Notes under the pieces: generated by a model
Seen by the model: the letters and a program-made list of their open reading frames with translations, nothing else
Database searches by the model: none
What the model was told of the DNA's origin: nothing
In this document: positions 54,518-64,000 of the stretch, one piece after another
How the letters are laid out: the number at the start of each line of letters is the position of its first letter
Position numbering within the stretch: position 1 is the stretch's first letter
NCBI RefSeq assembly: GCF_006345805.1
Contig: NC_043013.1
Coordinates: forward strand, 42,284,001-42,348,000
Reading direction: 5' to 3'
Length of the DNA stretch: 64,000 nucleotides
Origin: Octopus sinensis
Taxonomy: Eukaryota
Made by a program: the position numbers and the translations under genes

Positions 54518-54850
54518 GGCGCGTGGCTCAGTGATTAGAGCGTCGAGCTTCCGATCGTGAGGTTGTGAGTTCGAATCCCGGACCGGGCTGCGTGTTGTGT
54601 TCTTGAGCAAGACACTTTATTTCACGTTGCTTCAGTTCACTCAGCTGTAGGAATGAGTTGCGACGTCACAGGTACCAAGCTGTATCGGCCTTTGCCTTTC
54701 CCTTGGATAACATCAGTTGTGTGTAGAGGGGAGACTGGTATACATGGGCGACTTGATGGTCGTCCATAAACAACCTTGCCCAGACTTGTGCCTAGGAGTG
54801 TAACTTTCTAGGTGCAATCCCATGGTCAGTCATAGCCGAAGGGGGTCTCA
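54518..54850 (+). mobile_element. tRNA-derived SINE (family C)
   Basis: A box ggcgcgtggctcagtgattagagc, B box gagttcgaatccc, then tcttgagcaagacactttatttcacgttgc. Confidence 0.8.
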
Positions 54851-54886
<36 letters not shown>

Positions 54887-55146
54887 ATGCATACGTGAAG
54901 GTGCGTGACTTATTAGTTGGGATATTCTGCTTACGATCGTAGAGTCGAAGGTTCGATCACTGGCAGCGTGTTGTGTCCTTGAGCAAGCCGCTTTATTTCA
55001 CGTTTATTTTGAGTGACATGGGTGCTTCACAATCGAAAGAACCTTCCTGGAAGAAGATGAACGATCAGAAAGCCCTGCCACGAGCGTCACATCTGGAAAT
55101 GTGATATTCTCTTTTTGATACCACTTAGTATATATAGACTTTCAGC

Positions 55147-55563
55147 GGATCCTTTCGCTTTGAACGGCAGTTTATTCTAGCGGTGTCATATGAAATTGTC
55201 ACCCATAATTATGACCCTAGTATCGATCTATTGCATTTCAATCTGTTTTAAGGTTAGGGTTAGGGGTGGCGAAAGGGTATCTTTTTTTCTTCAGAAATGT
55301 AAATAAACACAATCTGTTTCTTAAACGAGGGACATATTCATACGGCACATAATGTTTTCATCTCAATAGACGTCATTGATTGGTTGAAATTGCAGAAATT
55401 GAAGAAAAAAGAACAACAAATACCTTACAAACTATAGAATTTTCTCAATAAAGCCAAGAGAAAAAGATGTTTTATAAACACATTCTACCAGTATATGAAG
55501 TTTAAAAGTGTTTAGTTACGTGGAAATTATTTTTAAAAATTGCCGTTCAAACCGAAAAGATCC
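55147..55563. mobile_element. MITE with 8-bp TSD (Merlin- or hAT-like)
   Basis: TIRs ggatcctttcgctttgaacggcagtttt / aaaattgccgttcaaaccgaaaagatcc. TSD ctttcagc at 55139-55146 and 55564-55571. Confidence 0.85.
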
Positions 55564-56123
55564 CTTTCAGCTGTACGACAGAATTAAGACATGTGCGAAT
55601 GTAACAACACTAAAAGAGAAAGTCGTTCTTTCGAAGTTGAAAAATAATATAAGAAAACAAAACAAACCAGGGGCTGAAAGAAATTCTATGATGAGAACCT
55701 TAAAAAGACCCAACCAAGCAACCCAGTAGTCAGGCAGTAAAAGGATGGGTAGTCAAACAAGGAGGATTGTCACGTGGTACCTATAAGGGAGTAGAAAGAG
55801 AAAACTGGTTATAAAGGGTAGAGACGATGGCAGAGAGGGAGGACGAGAGAAGGGTCGTATAAAGAGAAAACAGAGTAGGGATAGACGAAACGAAACGAAA
55901 GAAGTAAGGAATGTTGGGGAATGATAGATATAAAGAAAGGGGGAGTGTGGAGATAGAAAGGGAACATGATGGAGCATTTTTTTTTTACCTATGAATCCCG
56001 CTGATTCCTTATTTTATTCAGACCCTCCTGGCCATTCGATGTCTAAAAATCATATTTTTATAATTAATTAGGAAATGTATAAAATAATTGTTAAAATAAT
56101 TTTTGTTGAAGTATAACCAATTT

Positions 56124-56456
56124 CAGTTCTATATTTAAGAGATGGGAAATTTCGAACCTGCGTTTTCATTCCTAAGGTATTTTTAGATATTATTATTGTC
56201 CAGGTCACTGCTTGGAATCGAACTCAGAATCTTGGGGATTAAGAGCGATTCCAAGCAGTGACCTGAACAACAACAACGACGACGACGACAACAACAACAA
56301 CAACAACAACAACATAACATCGAAAAATACCTTAAGAATGAGAACCCAGGTTCAAAATTTCCCCAAGACACCTGATGAAGGCTGGAGAGCATATCAGCCG
56401 AAACGTTGTGTTAACAACAAACAAGATGAGGACAAATATCTGTCAAATGTAATGTA
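56124..56456. mobile_element. Short fold-back non-autonomous retroelement carrying a hammerhead
   Basis: 12-bp TSD tataaccaattt (56112, 56457). Inverted arms 56144-56220 vs ~56245-56363. HHR at 56367-56412. Confidence 0.8.
56367..56412 (+). ncRNA. Minimal type I hammerhead ribozyme
   Basis: GACAC-CTGATGA-a-GGCTG gagagcatat CAGCC-GAAA-CG-TT-GTGTT. Palindromic ACGT stem III and GUU site. Confidence 0.8.
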
Positions 56457-57188
56457 TATAACCAATTTATTTTACATAAATTTTAAGAAAAATCATACAG
56501 GCGCAGGTGTGACTGTCTCGTAAGAAGCTTGCTTCCCAACCACATGGTTCCGGGTTCAGTCCCACTGCGTGGCACCTTGGGCAAGTGTTCAAAGCCTTGT
56601 GAGTGGATTTGGTAGTCGGAAACTGAAAGAAGCTCTTCGTGTGTATGTGTGTGTGTATATATATTCATGTGTGTGTGTATTTGCCCCCCCCCCATCGCTT
56701 GACAACCGATGTTGGTGTGTTTACGTCCCCATAACTTAGCGGTTCGCTCATGAACTTAACGTGCATTTAGCTGAGTGTTCCACAGACACGTGTACCCTTC
56801 ACGTAGTTCTCAAGGAGATTCAGCATGACATAGAATAGGACAAGGTTGGCCCTTTGAATTACTGGGTACTACTTTTTGTCAGCTAACTGATATACATACA
56901 CCACCTCGTAATATATATACATATATGTATGTATGTATGTAAATATCGAACGAAGAGAATAAGTACTCAAGATCGCATTGATGGATAAAAATTTATTTGT
57001 GCATTAAGGCTACCATTGGTTTCACGGGAAGGAAGTCCTCGAGCCAATATTACATTGAACATTGGTGTTCGTCTCCATAGTGGCTGGAGATGAACACCGA
57101 CACTTGATAGTTAAGAGATGCCATACCATAAAAACAATGGCAGCCTCAATACACAAATTATATTATATATATATATATATATATATTA

Positions 57189-57701
57189 CTAGCAGTATCG
57201 CCCGGCGTTGCTCGGGTTTGTAAGGGAAATAACTATATAAGCATTTTTAGAGAGTTACTTCCCTTATAGATGCCAATTCGGGCTTTCTTAGCCATTTCTG
57301 TTTTGGTGTCTTCATGCCATGAAGTCGTTGTTCTAAAAGAACGCCGGTCTCCTTGACAACGCTTTACGACGTTGATTTCCTTACACTCCCTTCCCCACAG
57401 CTTCACGAGGGAGGGAAGAAGGGGGAGAAGCAAACAGGTGCAGGTGTGACCATGGACGCCAACTCCGCCGCCATCGACACACGAAAAATTATGCATTAAA
57501 ATGGAATAAAAAATGATGTTAAATTATTTTTAAAATCGTAGACTCATCGTAGACGCGCGCTAATACACAGACGGGCTCGATATGAATCACGACTATAAGA
57601 TACCCGAATTTGGTTAAACTGCACCGCAAAATGTGGGAGTAGTTAGGAATCTAAATCGAAGGGGACAGACACTCACACAACTACAGTTTTATATATATAG
57701 A
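57189..57701 (-). mobile_element. Non-autonomous Helitron
   Basis: Minus strand A|TCTATATATATAAAA ... CCCGAGCAACGCCGGG hairpin ... CTAG|T. Confidence 0.8.
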
Positions 57702-57746
57702 TATACATATATATTACATATATATTATATATATATTATATATATA

Positions 57747-58260
57747 CAGTTAATCCTCGAGTATAATCCGCATTTTTCCCCCCAAATTTAAAGGTCAAAA
57801 TCCTTAGTGCGTACTATATACGAGGTTAAAAATGAAAAATATTCCTAAGCAATGCCCGAGTCTCTATTTGCTGTCCGGCAATGTTTATTCAGACGCATTT
57901 TGTGATGTCGGGCGCGAAAATACCTTAAGCTAAGCCTGAAAGCAATGAAGTCATAAAAGAATCATCCATAACTTGCAGTAAGCTACATTTATTAAACGTT
58001 ATTACTGTTATTTATTTACTTTCTGCAAACAAAATGCATAAAAAAGGTACACGTTTGCTTTATGTTATATATACAATAATAAAGGACGTTAGCGTATACA
58101 TTTTTACAAACCAAGGACGTTATATAGACATCCTTGACTCAAGTTAGAGAAGGGGTGCGTATTATACACAAGATTTAGGTTGTTTCAGAGGTACAGCCCC
58201 CGCCCCTAAAAATGCCCTGTGTATTATACTCAAGGGCGGACTATACTCGAGAATTTACGG
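57747..58260. mobile_element. pogo/Tigger-like MITE
   Basis: TA|CAGTTAATCCTCGAGTATAATCCGC ... GCGGACTATACTCGAGAATTTACGG|TA. Confidence 0.85.
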
Positions 58261-58295
<35 letters not shown>

Positions 58296-58301
58296 TATAT
58301 A

Positions 58302-59378
58302 CTAGCAGTATCGCCCGGCGTTGCTCGGGTTTGTAAGGGAAATAACTATATAAGCATTTTTAGAGAGTTACTTCCCTTATAGATGCCAATTCGGGCTTTC
58401 TTAGCCATTTCTGTTTTGGTGTCTTCATGCCATGAAGTCGTTGTTCTAAAAGAACGCTGGTCTCCCTGACAATGCTTTACGACGTTGATTTCCTTACACT
58501 CCCTTCCCCACAGCTTCACGATGGAGGGAAGAAGGGGGAGAAGCAAACAGGTGCAGGTGTGACCATGGACGCCAACTCCGCCGCCATCGACACACGAAAA
58601 ATTATGCATTAAAATGGAATAAAAAATGATGTTAAATTATTTTTAAAATCGTAGACTCATCGTAGACGCGCGCTAATACACAGACGGGCTCGATATGAAT
58701 CACGACTATAAGATACCCGAATTTGGTTAAACTGCACCGCAAAATGTGGGAGTAGTTAGGAATCTAAATCGAAGGGGACAGACACTCACACAACTACAGT
58801 TTTATATATATAGATATACATATATATATTACATATATATTATATATATATATTATATATATACAGTTAATCCTCGAGTATAATCCGCATTTTTCCCCCC
58901 AAATTTAAAGGTCAAAATCCTTAGTGCGTACTATATACGAGGTTAAAAATGAAAAATATTTCCTAAGCAATGCCCGAGTCTCTATTTGCTGTCCGGCAAT
59001 GTTTATTCAGACGCATTTTGTGATGTCGGGCGCGAAAATACCTTAAGCTAAGCCTGAAAGCAATGAAGTCATAAAAGAATCATCCATAACTTGCAGTAAG
59101 CTACATTTATTAAACGTTATTACTGTTATTTATTTACTTTCTGCAAACAAAATGCATAAAAAAGGTACACGTTTGCTTTATGTTATATATACAATAATAA
59201 AGGACGTTAGCGTATACATTTTTACAAACCAAGGACGTTATATAGACATCCTTGACTCAAGTTAGAGAAGGGGTGCGTATTATACACAAGATTTAGGTTG
59301 TTTCAGAGGTACAGCCCCCGCCCCTAAAAATGCCCTGTGTATTATACTCAAGGGCGGACTATACTCGAGAATTTACGG
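58302..59378. repeat. Second copy of the Helitron (58302-58814) + MITE (58864-59378) block
   Basis: Near-identical to 57189-58260 apart from a few substitutions and indels. Confidence 0.95.
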
Positions 59379-59390
59379 TATATATATATA

Positions 59391-59421
<31 letters not shown>

Positions 59422-60018
59422 GGAAGGAAAAATTTTTTTTATTTTTTTTTTTTTTAAATGCAGGAGCATTCTGCATTTTTTAAAAAAAATTTTCCTTACT
59501 TATCATTTCTCCACGTGCGGTCAACACAACCCCACCATTTATTGATCTATATATATATATATAATTATGTTGAACCGTTTTATTCTCTACACATTTTATT
59601 TTAATCTTAATCTTTTCTATCGAAGAGCGTAGGCTCGAATCGTAAAAGATTTTCCTATTCTCCCCGAGCGTTAAACTAATACATTTGCTTGTTGTTCCTA
59701 CACCAGTCTTCGTCTTTTGTTTTCTGTAAATTTGAGCTATATATTTCTTTGATTTGTACATACATACATACATACATACATACATGAAAACGAATGGAGA
59801 AATTTAAGAATAGTCTCTTAAGATAATCTACAGTAAAATGAAAAAAACCCCAACGTATTACTGGTATCTTTTTTTTCTTCCCTTATGTCTGCCAGGTAAA
59901 TTTCTTTAATTTCCGTCCTGACTTCATAAGTATCCTTACGAGATTAAAACCTTAATCGTGTAACTATCTCATCTCTGGTAAGGCAAAACCTTTTCTTGCA
60001 TTGTTATAATTGATAAAC

Positions 60019-60057
<39 letters not shown>

Positions 60058-60127
60058 ATGATTAATTTTTATTTATCTGTCCATAAGCATAGACGTGTTT
60101 ATATGTTCCAATGTATTTATATATGTA

Positions 60128-60508
60128 CTAGCAGTATCGCTGGCGTTGCTCAGGTTTGTAAGGGAAATAACTATAAAGCATTTTTAGAGAGTTATAGCCA
60201 AAAAACAGCAAAAAAATGGAAAGAAATGATGGTAAATTTTTTTTTTAGTTAAAAAGGTGGAGTTGCGTCCCCTAGACAGTTTGTGGTTCGTGTTTCTGAT
60301 TGTCGACCCCATGTCGAATTTATCGATTTTTTTCAGAACTGGGGGAACTTTTCAAAATTTTCGCTGCGTTAGTTTTGAATTATGGCATTGGGCTATGTGT
60401 GTGTCAAGTTTCATCAGAATCGGTTGAAAGCCGTGGTCAGGGTGAGGGTACAAGCAAACAGACACACAGAAACACGCACAGACAAACTGCCGTTTATATA
60501 GAGAGAGA
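60128..60508 (-). mobile_element. Non-autonomous Helitron sharing its 3' end with 57189 but with a different interior
   Basis: Shared ctagcagtatcgc..ggcgttgctc.ggtttgtaagggaaataactataaagcatttttagagagtta; ends tttatatagagagaga|t. Confidence 0.7.
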
Positions 60509-61027
60509 TATATATAGGATTCCCTGCCGTTTATATAGAGAGATATATGACGTGTGGTATATCTACTTGAACCTATTGTTTGTTTTTAATTATGTATTTT
60601 ACGCACGTAAATAGTATATACACTTTGCTTATATATACGAAAACTTATAGATTGAGTATATAAGCTTATCATAGACTCTCCCGTTGAAGACTGTGTGTGA
60701 GTGTCGAATGACTTGCACAAGCGATTTGTTTATAGTGGTCAAGTGTATGTGCTGCACATTCGCTAGCTAGATAGATAGTTAGAGATAATAGACAGATAGA
60801 CAGACAGATAGATAAAAGTACGAGTGTGTATGTGTGTAAGTATGTGTACGTATATACGTGTGTTATATAAACAGCTACACATATTATGCACACCTGCGTT
60901 GATGTGTTTGTTGATGGAGTGAGATAATTATGCTGAAAAAGTAACGCACGAATGATTAAAGAGACAGAGATACACACGCGCACACACACATATATATACC
61001 TATATATATATATATTTATATATATAT

Positions 61028-61111
61028 ACAAGAAAAAAGCAACAAGAATGGATTAGTTTTTCAGTACAATTGTACTGAAAAACTAATCCATTCTTGTTGC
61101 TTTTTTCTTGT
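61028..61111. repeat. Perfect 84-bp palindrome with no spacer
   Basis: acaagaaaaaagcaacaagaatggattagtttttcagtacaa|ttgtactgaaaaactaatccattcttgttgcttttttcttgt. Confidence 0.95.
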
Positions 61112-61299
61112 TTATAATCACCCCATATTATTTTATGGTTAATACCATATAGTTTTCTGGTGCATCTAAGTTAAGTACCGCATTCAAGTGAATTCAATAG
61201 AACTCACTTGAATCTTAATTGCTTTTACTATATATATATATATATACACACACATACAAAGTCACACGCACATATATATACTTATATGTATACACGCAT

Positions 61300-61655
61300 A
61301 TTCTTTCATTTATTTGTTTCAGTCATTTGACTGCGACCATGCTAGACCACCACCTTTAGTCGAATAAATCGACCCCATGTACTTATTCTATGGGTCTCTT
61401 TTTGCCGAACCGCTAAGTTACGGGAACGTAAACACATCAACATCAGTTGTCAAGCGATGGTGGGGGGGGACAAACACACACATACATACATACAACGGGC
61501 TTCTTTCAGTTTCCGTCTACCAAATCCACTCACAAAGCTTTGGTCGGCCCGAGGCTGTAGAACACACTTTTCCAAGGTGCCACGCAGTGGTACTGAACCC
61601 GGGACCATGTGGTTGGTAAGCAAGGTACTTAGTAGCACACAGCCACTTCTGCGCC
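61300..61655 (-). mobile_element. Full-length family B SINE
   Basis: Head at ~61655 and tail cagtcaaatgactgaaacaaataa. Confidence 0.75.
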
Positions 61656-61763
61656 TCTGTGTGTGTGTAGAAGTTTGAAAAGGAACGAGTTAATATATAT
61701 ATGGAAAAAAGAGTCAAGGTATATATATATATATATAGATATAGATATATATAGATATACGTA

Positions 61764-62011
61764 CAGTAATCCCTCGACTATCGCGGGTGTTACGTTCCAA
61801 AAATCCCCCACGATAAGTGAAAAACCGCGAAGTAGAAACAGTACTGCACTGTATATGTATGTATATATATATATATATATATATGTATTTTAATTTTATA
61901 ATTTGTATATATTTATTTTATTATAACTACAAAGAAACATTACGGAGGGATCGACGTAAGCTTAAATAATAAACCGCGATAGGTGAGCCGCGATAAGGCG
62001 AGGGATTACTG
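61764..62011. mobile_element. Tigger/pogo-like MITE
   Basis: TA|CAGTAATCCCTCGACTATCGCGG ... CCGCGATAAGGCGAGGGATTACTG|TA. Confidence 0.88.
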
Positions 62012-63091
62012 TACATACATAAATATATACAAGCATGCCCGATTCCATGTACGTATATAAGCATGTACTATGTGCAATGTGTTTGTATACATGTGTGACT
62101 GTTAGAGAATAAGAGAGCGTGAAGGATGTTAGTGAGCAGGTAAAGTGTGAGTGAGTGAGTGCTTGAGAGTGTGAGTGAGTGCTTGAGTTTGCAAAAAGAC
62201 GAAAGGAAATTCCCAGGGAAGACATGGAGATGTTGAAAAGAGTAAGAACGGAGAGAGGGGAGTTAAATAGATATACAGAGAAATATAGAAGAGAGAGACA
62301 GAGAAAGAGAGAGTGATGGAGAAAATTAATTAGGGAGAAAAAAAATGTCACAAATACACAAACGTACGTATACTGCCTCACACACACACACTTCACATAC
62401 TTATTCTAACACAAACACACAATACACGCGCGCACACACACACAAACTTACAGTGAAACACGTGTGTTATTCCAAGTGTTTACTTAGATATTTCCCGCAG
62501 AACAAGTTCCAATCGCTATGTTATTTTACGAATGTTATCTTTATTATCCTCCTCCTCCATCATTATTATTTGAATGAAGTTTTCCCAACAAATAAGGAGC
62601 CAGTCTCTAACAAAGAAATAAAACTCCATTAATGGAATTTGGATAACAAAAACAGTGACAAGTTATACGATGAACTTCAGAAAATCTTGCATATTATTAC
62701 TGTTGCATTTTGTACTTATTTTCGAATTGTTTTTTGTAGATATCTCCTGTTTCTGTATTGCAAACACATAACCTTCGAACGAAATGTCACGTGGTGCAAC
62801 GACTATAACCCCAAGGACGGCTACAGCTCATCTTAATTTTAGCATCATACACAAGTTTGCGAGAAAAATACCCACGCACAACCCTTTTATTATTATTTTT
62901 TTTGTCTGTGGTAGACAGAGTAGTTCTCTCCTGGGTTTTTAGTGAGGTACACAAGTCTTGGGTTGCATGAAAGGTCAACGGGAAGCAAGTACATCTTGCG
63001 GATTTCACTTCCGACCCACATGATGTTCTCTTCACTTTGTCAATATATTTTTTTATTTGTTGCTGTGGTTCAACAGATGCTGATTGATACC

Positions 63092-63681
63092 TATTCATTT
63101 ACTACCCACAAGGGGCTACACACAGAGGGGACAAACAAGGACAGACAAACGGATTAAGTCGATTATATCGACCCCAGTGCGTAATTGGTACTTATTTAAT
63201 TGACCCCGAAAGGATGAAAGGCAAAGTCGACCTTAGCGGAATTTGAACTCAGAACGTAACGGCAGACGAAATACCTATTTCTTTATTACCCACAAGGAGC
63301 TAAACACAGAGAGGACAAACAAGGACAGACAAACGGATTAAGTCGATTATATCGACCCCAGTGCGTAACTGGTATTTATTTAATCGACCCCGAAAGGATG
63401 AAAGGCAAAGCCGACCTCGGCAGAATTTGAAGCCAGAACGTAGCGGCAGACGAAATACCTATTTCTTTACAACCCACAAGGGGCTACAGACAGAGGAGAC
63501 AAACAAACGGATTAAGTCCATTACATTGACCCCAGTGCGTAACTAGTACTTATTTAATCGACCCCAAAAGGATGAAAGACAAAGCCGACCTCGGCGGAAT
63601 TTGAACTCAGAACGTAACGGCAGACGAAATACCGCTAAGCATCTTGCCCGGCGTACTAACGTTTCTGCCAGCTCGCCGCCC
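63092..63681 (-). mobile_element. Trimeric family A SINE with 14-bp TSD
   Basis: One head plus three body units. Flanks tgctgattgatacc at 63078-63091 and 63686-63699. Confidence 0.88.
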
Positions 63682-64000
63682 TAATTGCTGATTGATACCC
63701 TGTACGACACGCACAAGCTGTTTAACATGATTTTTAAAGAGCTCTCCTCTCCTCTTCAGAGTTAGAAACAACTAATATCCCCATTTCTAAGGAAGCTTCC
63801 AGTAGAGGTCACGATCTTGCTGGAAATAATATGTATAGGTTGCATAGACCAGTTAAGTATCGCAAATGTTTGTTCCAGGACTGGTACCACAAATGCGTTG
63901 CAGGATATTGTTCTCTTGGAAGACAAAAGCTCTGGCAGCTATGTTTTTTATCGTAAAAATATACAAACCAAAAGTGTGGCAAGACCTCCGCCCGTCTTGC

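Noticed and set aside
54518-54590. tRNA-like sequences with A/B boxes at SINE heads
   Set aside because: No complete cloverleaf; each continues into a SINE body.
57233-58609. Duplicated 87-aa ORFs
   Set aside because: Internal to non-autonomous Helitron copies, with no recognisable domain.

Overview
AT-rich, microsatellite-dense eukaryotic genomic DNA. The repeat families suggest a cephalopod such as Octopus, which is an inference. The only host gene is the 3' part of a xylosyltransferase (XYLT/oxt-type), as three + strand exons at 577-682, 2401-2738 and 5892-6560 with consistent GT-AG phases. The rest is transposon landscape: a Tc1-like remnant with ~190-bp TIRs; two Penelope-like retroelements (PLEs) of different clades; CR1-like, Tx1/L1-like, R4/Dong-like and Ty3/Gypsy remnants; three tRNA-derived SINE families; non-autonomous Helitrons; piggyBac-, pogo/Tigger- and Merlin/hAT-like MITEs; and a recent 1.1-kb tandem duplication. 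The most interesting hidden layer is a set of hammerhead-ribozyme (HHR) motifs. There are three canonical cores (22570, 50393, 56367), one compensatory A3-U8 core (37129) and several variant or decayed cores. One belongs to a short, TSD-flanked, non-coding fold-back element present twice (4299-4436, 56124-56456) that may be a tRNA-headed, Penelope-mobilised, self-cleaving SINE. Long palindromes recur, often beside (TA)n tracts. Most ORFs in the supplied track are microsatellite artefacts. All structures were folded by eye and no searches were run.
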